In this document: in pieces, positions 9,712 to 19,540 of the stretch
Layout of the letters: every line of letters begins with the position of its first letter
How positions within the stretch are numbered: position 1 is the stretch's first letter
From: a virus
Taxonomy: Duplodnaviria; Caudoviricetes
Reading direction: 5' to 3' (one strand)
IMG/VR virus record: IMGVR_UViG_3300038974_000542
Coordinates: 1 to 64,000 of that record
Length of the DNA: 64,000 nt
The notes under the pieces: model-generated
What the model saw: only the letters and a program-made list of their open reading frames with translations
The model's database searches: none
What the model was told of the DNA's origin: nothing
Program-made: the position numbers and the translations under genes

Positions 9712-11181
9712 ATGGCTACATTAGGAAGTAAACTAATTACAAAAGAAATGCAATGGAATGCCAATATGACTGAGCAAAACCATTTAGGTGCTGCTTTGTT
9801 GGCAAAACCACAGAAATTGGTTGGTGTAATGGACCAACTCTTTTCTGCAAAAAATTACTATTCTGATAATCCACTTTCTTCTATGTTGATGGGTAATAAA
9901 CTTACAGAGGAAACAATTGGTACAACTAGTTGGGAGTGGGATTTGAAAGGGGCTAATACAAGACCCTTAATTGTGTTGGAGAATGTTGAACCACCTACTA
10001 ATACTACTCCAGGTAAATTTGGAAGACCTTTTAAAATTAAATTGGATGAGAATTGGTATCTGCATGGTGATTATATCCACCCTGGAACTTCTAACAAGAA
10101 ATTCCAACTACGTATTCAGGATAATCCTGTTCCTCATGGTGATGGCTGGGTATATACAGTAGTTATGGCATCTGGAAATCCACAAGATTTCTTGCCAGTA
10201 AAATATCTGCAGTATGGACAGCAATGGGGCAAGCTTTATTCTAAATATGAAGAAGCAGCTGAACAATCTGGTTCTACCCAGTTCAGTTTACCTATTTCTT
10301 TACAAAACAGGATGTCTCTATATCGTAAAGAGTACAAGATTACCAACTATGCTGCTACTGAAGTATTGGCTGTTGCTATTCCTGTTATTAGGGATAATGG
10401 TAAGGTTGAAATGGTAACCAACTGGGTTAAATATGCTGAAATTGAGTACTGGCAGCAATGGTATAGGGAACTTGAAAGAGGTTTCTGGTATTCTCGTAGT
10501 ACCGATAATGTTATTGGTGCTAATGGAAGACCTGTAAGATCAGGACCTGGTATTCAGGAACAACTTGAGGACTCTCATATACACCGCTATTCTGTACTGA
10601 CTGCAAAATTAATTGAAGAATATCTAATGGATATCTTCTACTCTCGTGTTAAACCTGGACAAGGTCGTCAAGTAAAAGGTTTTACTGGTGAATATGGTAT
10701 GTTACAGTTCCACAGAGCAATTCAAGACTGGCAAAACAAATCTGGATTTATCAAAAATGTTGAAGTTTATACTAATAAGGTTCAATCTGATTATCACGTT
10801 AATGCTTTAGAAGCTGGTTATCAGTTTGTTAAGTACAACATGGCTAATGGAAGTTCTTTGGAACTTGTACATAATCCTTTGTATGATGACAGGAGTATTA
10901 ACTTTGAAATTGATCCAATTACAGGTTTCCCAGTTGAGTCCCAACGTATTACTTTCCTTGATCTTAATGGTGAAGGCAATAAGTCTAATATTAAGATTAT
11001 GAATAAGAAAGATGGTTTTGCTTTTGGCTATGTTCAGGGTTTATATGGTCCTTATGGTCCTATTAATGGTGGAACTGCTGCACACTCTGGCTCTTATTAT
11101 GAAATGCACGTTGAAAAATCCTGTGGATTGCATATTCATGATGTAACAAGATGTGGTGAGCTCATACTTTCAAGAAACTAG
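9712..11181 (+). CDS. Major capsid protein (crAss-like HK97 fold)
   Basis: 489 aa with crAss MCP-type sequence (MTEQNHLGAALL, EEAAEQSGS, VHNPLYDD) in the expected position. Confidence 0.92.
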   Translation: MATLGSKLITKEMQWNANMTEQNHLGAALLAKPQKLVGVMDQLFSAKNYYSDNPLSSMLMGNKLTEETIGTTSWEWDLKGANTRPLIVLENVEPPTNTTPGKFGRPFKIKLDENWYLHGDYIHPGTSNKKFQLRIQDNPVPHGDGWVYTVVMASGNPQDFLPVKYLQYGQQWGKLYSKYEEAAEQSGSTQFSLPISLQNRMSLYRKEYKITNYAATEVLAVAIPVIRDNGKVEMVTNWVKYAEIEYWQQWYRELERGFWYSRSTDNVIGANGRPVRSGPGIQEQLEDSHIHRYSVLTAKLIEEYLMDIFYSRVKPGQGRQVKGFTGEYGMLQFHRAIQDWQNKSGFIKNVEVYTNKVQSDYHVNALEAGYQFVKYNMANGSSLELVHNPLYDDRSINFEIDPITGFPVESQRITFLDLNGEGNKSNIKIMNKKDGFAFGYVQGLYGPYGPINGGTAAHSGSYYEMHVEKSCGLHIHDVTRCGELILSRN

Positions 11182-11208
11182 TAAAAAATGTTGAAGATGT
11201 GACATCAT

Positions 11209-11268
11209 AAATTTTGCCTATCTTTGTAGAGTATGAATTTTAAAAACTCTACAAAGATGGCAGAATTT
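11209..11268 (+). promoter_or_regulatory. Long inverted repeat after MCP containing a TATCTTTG -7 element
   Basis: atctttgtagagt (11220-11232) pairs perfectly with actctacaaagat (11246-11258), extended by aaattttgcc/ggcagaattt. Confidence 0.7.
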
Positions 11269-11361
11269 AATAAAAAACAGTTTTTCTTAGAACTGAGTAA
11301 GAAGTAAAAATCTTACTGAACTTTACAATTGAGTTTTATAATTAGATAAAAAAATTTTTAT

Positions 11362-12177
11362 ATGGCAATAGTAAAAATCAAGCCCATTGAAAGAGAGAAA
11401 TGGCATGGTAAAAAAGGTAATGAAAGTTTTACAAGACCAACAACTATCAGAGCATTAGTGAATGTAGATAGTATGACCTATGCAACAGGTCTTACCGAAG
11501 AAGAAGCAAAAGAATATGGTGAAAAGTTGAAGATTGATTTGTCCAATCAATTTAATTTAGAAGAACCTCATCCATTCTGGGATACAAAGGCAGGAGAAAT
11601 TAAGTTGGAAAATAGGACAATGTTATTTGATACTGAGAATCCTTTGGACTTTATAAAGGTAAAAGTATGCAAGGCTTCAAGATTTGTAGCTAACTCATTA
11701 AAAGAGTATGAAGAAGGAATGTTCCCTGAAGCTACTCATATAATTTTTGATGAAAGCGAAGAAATTGAAGAAAAAGCTTCTAAGATTGAAATCAAAAAGA
11801 AAGCTGTAATTGAGACAGCCAAGCTATCTAAAGATAGAAAAATTCAGATGATTTTAATTTTATCTGCTGATGGAAATTATTTGAAAGCTAAAAACTTAAA
11901 AGGTAAATCTGACAATTTTATTGAGGTTGAACTGGATAAATTAATTGAAAGTAAGGCAGATGAAGTTCTTAGATACTTAAAGATGAACAAAGATGATACT
12001 GCTACTCAAGCTCTTGTTTTGGAGGCTTTGCAGAGGCACATCTTTGAAAAGGTTGGACATAAGATTATGTATCATGATTCTACATTAGGAGAAGATATTT
12101 ATGATGTTGTAAATTATCTAAATGCTCCAGAGAATCAGGAGTTTAAAATAAGAATCTTAGCACAAGTAAATGAGTGA
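11362..12177 (+). CDS. Virion-module protein immediately downstream of MCP
   Basis: 271 aa in the syntenic position of the gene that follows MCP in crAss-like phages. Confidence 0.7.
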   Translation: MAIVKIKPIEREKWHGKKGNESFTRPTTIRALVNVDSMTYATGLTEEEAKEYGEKLKIDLSNQFNLEEPHPFWDTKAGEIKLENRTMLFDTENPLDFIKVKVCKASRFVANSLKEYEEGMFPEATHIIFDESEEIEEKASKIEIKKKAVIETAKLSKDRKIQMILILSADGNYLKAKNLKGKSDNFIEVELDKLIESKADEVLRYLKMNKDDTATQALVLEALQRHIFEKVGHKIMYHDSTLGEDIYDVVNYLNAPENQEFKIRILAQVNE

Positions 12178-12881
12178 TGGAAATAGAACAAATGCACTAT
12201 GATGTCAAAATGAAGCTGAATAAGATAGACAGTCAGCAATATAGAAATCTGATAATACCTCAGATAGACTGGTTATTGAATGAAGCTCAGGAAATCTTTG
12301 TAGAGATAGTTGCTTTTCCAAGAAAAGCCATACAATATGGTTTTGAAGTTGGAACAATGACTATTATGGACATTAGAAGTGTTGTTGTTGAAAATCTCCC
12401 ATTAATACCAGATACTGATAAAAATGTAATACTGCCAGAGGATTTTTGGATATATATAAGTTCATATTCTAATATTAGAAAAGGCACATGTACAAAAGAC
12501 AGCTTTAAGACATATATAAGACAACATGATGATGACTTTGAAAATAGCCCTTTTGACTGTAGTTCTTTTGAATGGAGAACAATTAATGCAGTTTTTAATC
12601 AAAACGGTATAAAACTATATGCAAAAGATTTTATTATAGAAAGGTTTTTTTTGACTTATATAAAGAAACTAAAATATATTCATAATGCTAAGGATTTTCA
12701 AGGGGGTTCTTATAAACTTCCTGGAATTGACTTACCCTTGACAGGTTCTGTAAATTGTGAGCTTCCAGAACATACACATAGGAAAATTGTGGATATTGCA
12801 GTTTTATTAGCAACAGGACAATTACAAATTCCTGATTACCAGATTAAAAAAGACAAATTATCACTAAATCAAATTATTTAA
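12174..12881 (+). CDS. Tail/neck ring (head-tail connector) protein
   Basis: IDWLLNEAQ and CELPEHTHRKIVDIAV motifs typical of crAss ring proteins; ATGA overlap with the previous gene. Confidence 0.7.
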   Translation: MMEIEQMHYDVKMKLNKIDSQQYRNLIIPQIDWLLNEAQEIFVEIVAFPRKAIQYGFEVGTMTIMDIRSVVVENLPLIPDTDKNVILPEDFWIYISSYSNIRKGTCTKDSFKTYIRQHDDDFENSPFDCSSFEWRTINAVFNQNGIKLYAKDFIIERFFLTYIKKLKYIHNAKDFQGGSYKLPGIDLPLTGSVNCELPEHTHRKIVDIAVLLATGQLQIPDYQIKKDKLSLNQII

Positions 12882-12885
12882 AATT

Positions 12886-14178
12886 ATGAGTACAAATAAC
12901 AAAGTATTTCAAATCCTTGTTACAAAAGGTAATGCAGGTCTTCCAGCAGCAGGTTCTTCTATTGATTCTCTAGCTGATGGACAAATAGGCTTGTTTAATG
13001 CTGAGACAAATCTTGCTGTTGATGCAGCTGCAATTCCAAAAGAAGTTTATTTTGCAGTTGGTGTACATAAAGATGGTGCTCTTGCTGATGTTAATTATTC
13101 TGCAGGTCAAGTTATTCAACTTGAAAATCTGAGGGATATAAATGTAAAGAATTATACAGCAGGTAAACCCTATATTTTTGAGATTTCAAATTTCTCAAAT
13201 CTTCAATGGGATACAGAGTATGCTGTAAAATTTGAGTTCCGTAATATGCAGGTCTATATGCGTCAGGGATACAATATGTTTGCAAAAACATATGTTGTAA
13301 AAACTGACTGTGGTGATCCTAATACTTCTCCTACTGCTGAACATCTTGTTGAGAAGTTTCTTGAAGCTTTTAATGCAGATGCTTCTGGTATGTTTACTGC
13401 TGTTCCTGTAAAGAACTCTGCTGATATTACTTATGGTGCATATGGAGATACTACATCTGTAGTTACTGTTATTGGAGATAAGACTTTCACAACTACTATA
13501 GCAAGTACTGATACTACTGGCGCAATGGTTGCTGCTAAAGTTGCTGCAACTATTGATGCAGATCCAACTCTTACTGCTACTGCTACTGGTGCAGTGGTTA
13601 CAATTGATGGTTTACCTAAACCTACTCCTGCTATTACAGTAACTGGTGTAACTTCAACTATTGTAGCTCCTGCAGTATTATCTAATGCTACTGGAGCAAC
13701 AGGTATCAAAGTTACTACAAACCCTGTCGCAATTAATCAGTATTGTGATATAAATACCAAATACTACAATCCTCGTCAGACTCTTATTATAGCTTCTGCT
13801 ATTGGAGAAACTTGTCCTAATTTTAGTATTGGTGTTTTACAGGAAGCTGTTGATGAACAAGGAGCTGGATATGATATTGCACAGAAAGAGTATCATGCTG
13901 GTGGTTGGAATGGAAGACCTGGACCTTATAGAGCATCTTCTGCTGTAGGTTTGGCTTTACCTGGATTTGAATATTTTGCCGATAAATCTGCAAATTATGA
14001 CCAATTTAATGTAGTATATGATCAATATTCTACTGCTGGCTGGGGAGAGTACCTAAGTAATCTTCTTACTGTTATTGCTGTTCCTACAGCATCTACAACT
14101 ACAAGAGCAGCTTTGGTAACTATGTTGAATGCTATGGCAGTTAAAGCAGGTACTTCTGCTATTAAGACTATAGTCTAA
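12886..14178 (+). CDS. Probable auxiliary capsid (decoration) protein with a Thr/Ala-rich inserted domain
   Basis: Synteny, beta-rich composition, and its own downstream terminator (consistent with high expression). Confidence 0.6.
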   Translation: MSTNNKVFQILVTKGNAGLPAAGSSIDSLADGQIGLFNAETNLAVDAAAIPKEVYFAVGVHKDGALADVNYSAGQVIQLENLRDINVKNYTAGKPYIFEISNFSNLQWDTEYAVKFEFRNMQVYMRQGYNMFAKTYVVKTDCGDPNTSPTAEHLVEKFLEAFNADASGMFTAVPVKNSADITYGAYGDTTSVVTVIGDKTFTTTIASTDTTGAMVAAKVAATIDADPTLTATATGAVVTIDGLPKPTPAITVTGVTSTIVAPAVLSNATGATGIKVTTNPVAINQYCDINTKYYNPRQTLIIASAIGETCPNFSIGVLQEAVDEQGAGYDIAQKEYHAGGWNGRPGPYRASSAVGLALPGFEYFADKSANYDQFNVVYDQYSTAGWGEYLSNLLTVIAVPTASTTTRAALVTMLNAMAVKAGTSAIKTIV

Positions 14179-14186
14179 AATAAACT

Positions 14187-14217
14187 AAAAAGGTAAGGTT
14201 TTCTGCCTTACCTTTTT
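14187..14217 (+). terminator. Rho-independent terminator
   Basis: aaaaaggtaagg-ttttctg-ccttaccttttt, 12-bp stem including the U tract. Confidence 0.85.
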
Positions 14218-14229
14218 AATTATATTACT

Positions 14230-14448
14230 ATGGAAAAAGACTATATAAAGTTACAAGGTATAGATATTTGCATAAGACAAATAGACTATATTAATTTTGG
14301 CTTAAAACAAGCTAAGGAAACTTCATATCTGGTTTCTGTAGTTAGTATTACAAATCATTTATTGAATAATTTTTATGATATAGAGTATAAGGATAGACAA
14401 AATTTACTATCTTTACTCAATAAAATAAATATAGCATGGGAGAAGTAA
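14230..14448 (+). CDS. Hypothetical tail-module protein
   Basis: 72-aa ORF after the terminator, overlapping the next gene. Confidence 0.6.
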   Translation: MEKDYIKLQGIDICIRQIDYINFGLKQAKETSYLVSVVSITNHLLNNFYDIEYKDRQNLLSLLNKINIAWEK

Positions 14449-15413
14449 TTGTTTATGATATTTCAAATGATTTTATATATTTGAAACTTCCAAATGAGTA
14501 TGACTGTGTATATAAAGAACTTATAAAAGCTCTCTCCAATACAGGTATAAAAGGTTTACTTAGCTGTAATAGAAAATTACCCTGTAGTATAGGAACTTGT
14601 GGATATACTTCAGAGGAGTTGATGGATAGTTGGAACATGTTTCAAATAGCTTGTGCTGCTTATGAATTGGAAGAAGTAGAAAAAGCTGATAAGATAGTAA
14701 ATTTTATTATCAAAAGAATGAAATTTTCCTGTCCAACTATCATTAGAAAATATAGTAAAATTATCTACTATGGAGATAGTATAGGAGAACCTACTGTGGA
14801 AGAAATATTTGCAGGAACAAGTTTAGATTTTTATGAATATCCGCAATTTACATCTCCATTTTTTAAAAATACACAGTATATAGCAATTCCAGAAGGTGTT
14901 ATCATAGATTATATAAAAAATTCAAATATTGGAGGTGAATATTTATATAATAGAAATACATCTGATGATGAATATACAAAAAAGAGAATAATTCTTAATG
15001 AAAAGTCTTATTATCTATGGTATGTAACTTATGCAGAACCATTAGATACAAGTGTAGTTATTAATTTAATTGAAGGTATGTGGCAAACAGACACAATAAT
15101 ATATTACAATCAGGTAGATACAAAACCTGACTTAATCACTATTCTAAATAGTAATAAATTTAATATCATTACAGGAAATTCTTTAGTTATTCCTGTATAT
15201 AAAAAAGGACACTTTATTGCAGTTCCAGATGGATATATTATTAAAACTATTGAAAATGCAAGTTTTAGAGGTGATTGGCTATATAATCCTGCTTTAAATA
15301 TTGATGTCTATACTAAAGAAAGAATTGAACTAAATGGCAAATATTATACTTTATGGTACTGTGAGTTCATTGTACCTTTTAATGCAAGTATTGAAATAAT
15401 TTTAAATATATAA
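14436..15413 (+). CDS. Putative tail hub / fibre-attachment protein with a duplicated C-terminal domain
   Basis: Lies before the fibre genes; two similar units YIAIPEG...YYLWY and FIAVPDG...YTLWY. Confidence 0.55.
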   Translation: MGEVIVYDISNDFIYLKLPNEYDCVYKELIKALSNTGIKGLLSCNRKLPCSIGTCGYTSEELMDSWNMFQIACAAYELEEVEKADKIVNFIIKRMKFSCPTIIRKYSKIIYYGDSIGEPTVEEIFAGTSLDFYEYPQFTSPFFKNTQYIAIPEGVIIDYIKNSNIGGEYLYNRNTSDDEYTKKRIILNEKSYYLWYVTYAEPLDTSVVINLIEGMWQTDTIIYYNQVDTKPDLITILNSNKFNIITGNSLVIPVYKKGHFIAVPDGYIIKTIENASFRGDWLYNPALNIDVYTKERIELNGKYYTLWYCEFIVPFNASIEIILNI

Positions 15414-15418
15414 TAATT

Positions 15419-18370
15419 ATGGCTAAATATATAGGAATAAGTAAACCTTTAATGATAGTATCTGGACCTCAATCAAATTTAGATTCTAGATATGGTCCTT
15501 ATAAAAGTGTAGATCATGCTTTACAAAGTATTCCAAGAGAAATACGTGAAGTAGGTCTTACAGTAATAGTTAAAGATGCTAATGGAGAAGGTATTGAGTA
15601 TTGGTGGAAGAGGGGTATTGAAGATGCAGATCTTACTCTTAAAATTGATGAAGCTGCTTACACTAAAACTTCTCAATTGGAAAATGATGCTGATTTTCAA
15701 AATGGTACTCAAGTAGCTGCAAGTTTACAAGAACAAAAGACTATTTTAGATGCAGTAGATGCAAATTTACAGAATCAGATTAACACTACTAATATAGATC
15801 TTAATAATAAGACTACAAATCTTCAAGGTCAAATTACTACTATAAATCAAAAAGATGCTGCTCAGGATACTCAGATACAAAATATTATAACCTCTTATAT
15901 AGATAATAAAGGTTATTTTGCTTCTCTTGCATCATTACAGACATCTTATCCTTCTCCAGAAGCAGGAGATACAGCTTATGTAGCAAATGCATTATCTTCA
16001 ACTGGTTATTATATTTATAATGTAGTTAATGGAGTATGGACAGCTTCTACTGTTGAAGCACCTCCTGTTTCAGTACCGATTAATGATTATGCTCAACACG
16101 GCTATGAATCTTCTCCAAAGACGTTGAAACAGGTACATGACTTTATTTTGAGAGAACAAGTTCCTATGCTTTATAAAGCTGCAAATTTTGATATATATAT
16201 AACTGGGAATAATCTCATAATCAAAAACCAGATTCAATACGGGGAGACTTTTTTTCTTGGTGTACCTGACGCAACTACTATAATTGATCTAACTTCTTCA
16301 TCTAACTGGATGGGGGGCATTTCTCCAACAGATTATATGTTCGTATATATAAAATCAGGGGGAACTTTTCAAACAGGAAGCGAAATCAAATTGGGAGATT
16401 ATTCAAAATTTGCTTTATATACTGATTATATTCCGGTTGTTTCAATATCGAGGGAAAATGGAGCTTATTATTTAAATAATGTAGTTGGTTATCCTTTAAA
16501 GGATAGAAAAGACTTGTCCTTCGTTATACCATTTATATATTCTGGTACTAAATTCAAGACAAGTATATCTGGTAATATACTTACTTTGTATGAACAACTG
16601 CAATACGGAAATGGACATTTTTTGGGAGTAGCAGGTGGAACAAAAGAAATAGATTTATCAGATTTGAATAATTGGCTTGAAGGATCTATAAGTAATCATG
16701 TTTATTTAATGGTCAAAAATGATGGAACTTTTAGCAATCCGAGTACCTTGAAACTTATTTCTTATGAACATTATACTAAATATGGTGATTATATACCTGC
16801 TATTGCATTAGAAAAAAAGGCTGGTATATGGTATGTTCTAAATATACTTGGGTATCAACAAAAGGAAAATTTTGAATTAATTGATATTGGAGAAAATGAA
16901 ATTACAGAACACGATGGAGTTTTAACAACAGTAAATGGATATATTGGTTCAGATGGAAGTGTAAAGACTGATTCAACCGGATTTAAATCTGCCACGCCTA
17001 TAGCTATCACTGATGATAATTCTTATATTTTATTTAGAAATTCTAATTCAGGTAGAGCTCCCAATTATGTGAACTGTTATACTAACAATGATTTTACGGG
17101 ATTTCTCGGGAGGTCTGATGGTTTAGAATGGATTACATTAACGCTTAATGATAGATTAAGTAAACCTCTTAAATTAGCACCTGGAACAAAATTTATTAGT
17201 TTTTTAACTGAATCACCATATGAAGGTTCTGTTTTGACAAGTGTAAACATTGTAAGTTTTAATGATTTTAAAGAAACCATTATAAATTACGATAATACTG
17301 AATATCATTTTACAAACCCTGTTAAATTTTTACAAAGCTCTTATAGACCATATCAATCTTCACCTATACGTTTTCAGATACCGGTTAATTGCCGCATATC
17401 AGATTATTTGTCAAATACTATTGAGTTTCAAGATGGGGAAGAAATATATAATGATTGGGGAGTACTAATGTTACCAGAATCATATTCTGCTACTGGAAAA
17501 CCAACAAGGCTCATAATAGGGTGTCATGGAGCAGGAGGGTCTGTGGATGGAAATCAGAGCCAAATAGAGAATATTACTCTTTATAAATACTTGTGTGCAA
17601 ATGGTTTTGCTATTATGGATATGAATGGTCTTCCCCAAGGCTATGCTTCTCTTAAGGGTATCGATTATTATAATAATATAGGAAGCCCTATTGCTGTTCA
17701 AAGTTATATTAAAGGGGTACAATGGGTTCTTGAAAATTATAACATCTGTAAAGATGGAATTTTAATCGATGGCGGTTCTATGGGTGGCATAACAAGTTCA
17801 AATATAGTTTTATCTAAATCTTTGAATATAATTGCACATAGTATTAATTGTCCTGTTCTTGATACATACAACCATATTTGGCTTAATCCATGGTCTGGAG
17901 GGTTACCTAAAACTGCAATGATAAAAATTTACGGATTTGCAGAAACTACTCCAGGTTCGGGAATATATGTGTATGATGAGGAAAAATTAAAAGGATTCAA
18001 TCCTGTTTTAAATGGAATGATTTCATTTGATAAAACATCTAAATTATTGTCTAATAATATAGAGGTAACTACAGCTAATGCTTTGACCAATTTAGATGAA
18101 GTTAAAAAATATCCTTGTCCTGTAAAGATATGGCATTCTACGGATGATCCCATTGTGAATTTTGCTGTGTCTCAGAGACATATCAATTCTATAAGAAAGG
18201 GGGGACAAATAGCATACCTGAGATCAATTCCTTCAGGAGGGCATGCTCCTTTAGAAGTAGGTGAACCTTTGACAACTCCTTCTGGTAATACTAATTATAA
18301 AGGTACAACATTAAGTATCAAACCAATAGTAGAGGAGATTTATTTATGGTTCAAACGTTTTAATAATTAA
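15419..18370 (+). CDS. Tail fibre/spike with C-terminal alpha/beta-hydrolase (esterase) domain
   Basis: N-terminal anchor shared with the 19541 ORF, coiled coil, duplicated beta domain, then GCHGAGG, GGSMGG, WHSTDD and GGHA. Confidence 0.8.
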   Translation: MAKYIGISKPLMIVSGPQSNLDSRYGPYKSVDHALQSIPREIREVGLTVIVKDANGEGIEYWWKRGIEDADLTLKIDEAAYTKTSQLENDADFQNGTQVAASLQEQKTILDAVDANLQNQINTTNIDLNNKTTNLQGQITTINQKDAAQDTQIQNIITSYIDNKGYFASLASLQTSYPSPEAGDTAYVANALSSTGYYIYNVVNGVWTASTVEAPPVSVPINDYAQHGYESSPKTLKQVHDFILREQVPMLYKAANFDIYITGNNLIIKNQIQYGETFFLGVPDATTIIDLTSSSNWMGGISPTDYMFVYIKSGGTFQTGSEIKLGDYSKFALYTDYIPVVSISRENGAYYLNNVVGYPLKDRKDLSFVIPFIYSGTKFKTSISGNILTLYEQLQYGNGHFLGVAGGTKEIDLSDLNNWLEGSISNHVYLMVKNDGTFSNPSTLKLISYEHYTKYGDYIPAIALEKKAGIWYVLNILGYQQKENFELIDIGENEITEHDGVLTTVNGYIGSDGSVKTDSTGFKSATPIAITDDNSYILFRNSNSGRAPNYVNCYTNNDFTGFLGRSDGLEWITLTLNDRLSKPLKLAPGTKFISFLTESPYEGSVLTSVNIVSFNDFKETIINYDNTEYHFTNPVKFLQSSYRPYQSSPIRFQIPVNCRISDYLSNTIEFQDGEEIYNDWGVLMLPESYSATGKPTRLIIGCHGAGGSVDGNQSQIENITLYKYLCANGFAIMDMNGLPQGYASLKGIDYYNNIGSPIAVQSYIKGVQWVLENYNICKDGILIDGGSMGGITSSNIVLSKSLNIIAHSINCPVLDTYNHIWLNPWSGGLPKTAMIKIYGFAETTPGSGIYVYDEEKLKGFNPVLNGMISFDKTSKLLSNNIEVTTANALTNLDEVKKYPCPVKIWHSTDDPIVNFAVSQRHINSIRKGGQIAYLRSIPSGGHAPLEVGEPLTTPSGNTNYKGTTLSIKPIVEEIYLWFKRFNN

Positions 18371-18485
18371 AAACAACAATTTAGTTAAGAAAAATCAAAG
18401 TTAATATATTAGACAACTTTGTCTTAAGATGATTTAAAGTGGTAAAATTTTTATATCTTATACGTCCTAAATAATTATTAAAACA

Positions 18486-18554
18486 ATGAATAAAAATAAA
18501 ACAGTTTGGAGTATATTCCGAGATTTGGTTAATTATGTAAAACTTGACATATAA
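18486..18554 (+). CDS. Possible 22-aa peptide MNKNKTVWSIFRDLVNYVKLDI
   Basis: A-rich leader (attaaaacaATG), fills the gap before the holin; too short for the supplied ORF track. Confidence 0.3.
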   Translation: MNKNKTVWSIFRDLVNYVKLDI

Positions 18555-18628
18555 AATAATAGTACTTTGAGAAATATTTAGTTTTAAGGGTAAAGAAAAA
18601 TATTATATAACTTTCTAAAATATACAAA

Positions 18629-19090
18629 ATGAAAGAATTTGGACAGTGGTTTGAGTTACACATTTGGAACGTATTTAGCGGGCTGATTTGTGGGCTGTTC
18701 GCTTATCTAATGCCGATACGTAACATCGTTATTTTGATGTTGGCGTTTATCATATTCGATTTGATAACAGGAATAATAGCTGCACGGAAAAGGGGAGAGG
18801 CGATAACATCATCAAAGATGTGGAATACGGCTAATAAAACGCTTATATCCATTACGCTTGTTGTATTGCTGTATGCCGTCGATAAGGAATTTAATATTAT
18901 TGGAACGGTAAGCACGCATAAGATAATGGGATTGTTTGTTGTTGGTTTCGAGCTATGGAGTGTCCTGGAAAATGCGGTACAGATAACTAATCATTCCATT
19001 TTCAAAGCATCAAAGAAATTTATGCATGATAAAGTCGAAGAAAAAACGGGTGTTGACTTGGAACAAAAAGAGGAAGAAGTAAAGAAATAA
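18629..19090 (+). CDS. Holin (phage holin 4-like)
   Basis: Several TM segments, FDLITGIIAARKRGEAITSSKM, ELWSVLEN, and a charged C-terminus. Confidence 0.85.
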   Translation: MKEFGQWFELHIWNVFSGLICGLFAYLMPIRNIVILMLAFIIFDLITGIIAARKRGEAITSSKMWNTANKTLISITLVVLLYAVDKEFNIIGTVSTHKIMGLFVVGFELWSVLENAVQITNHSIFKASKKFMHDKVEEKTGVDLEQKEEEVKK

Positions 19091-19094
19091 TTAT

Positions 19095-19280
19095 ATGACA
19101 GTATATAAAAATGAGATTACTGGAGAATATCACATAGCTGAGAATAAGACAAGGGCGTGGATATATTTCTTTTACGAAGCTGAACGGAAAGGAAAAGAAA
19201 GACCAGAAATGTATAATATAAGTGAGATTGATATTAACAAAAGAATTATTGATTTCAAAGATAGACTTAAAAACAGATGA
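19095..19280 (+). CDS. Hypothetical protein
   Basis: 61-aa ORF, ATGA-coupled to the next ORF. Confidence 0.6.
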   Translation: MTVYKNEITGEYHIAENKTRAWIYFFYEAERKGKERPEMYNISEIDINKRIIDFKDRLKNR

Positions 19281-19519
19281 CAATAACAAAAGCAATTGAG
19301 ATACTTGAAAAGGGGGATGATTGGCGTAGGCCAGATCTACTACATAAATATAATCCAAAAGAGTTTGATGAAGCTATTGAAGTTGCAATTAATATTATGA
19401 TTAAATATTTGAAATTAATTAATTTAAAAAACCGAATAGATAAAACTCTCCAAAATACAAAAGATATTGATAGTGAATTTGTAGATATAGTCAATAAGAA
19501 TTTCTGGGAATTAATATAA
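19277..19519 (+). CDS. Hypothetical protein
   Basis: 80-aa ORF coupled to the previous ORF. Confidence 0.6.
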   Translation: MTITKAIEILEKGDDWRRPDLLHKYNPKEFDEAIEVAINIMIKYLKLINLKNRIDKTLQNTKDIDSEFVDIVNKNFWELI

Positions 19520-19540
19520 ACAGTTTAAATATTTTTAATT

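Noticed and set aside
13431-13709. Minus-strand Val/Ala-rich ORF, and other antisense ORFs inside large genes (e.g. 1834-2175, 38285-38641, 46376-46693, 48791-49156)
   Set aside because: These are shadows of strongly biased sense-strand coding sequence, with no motifs or independent signals.
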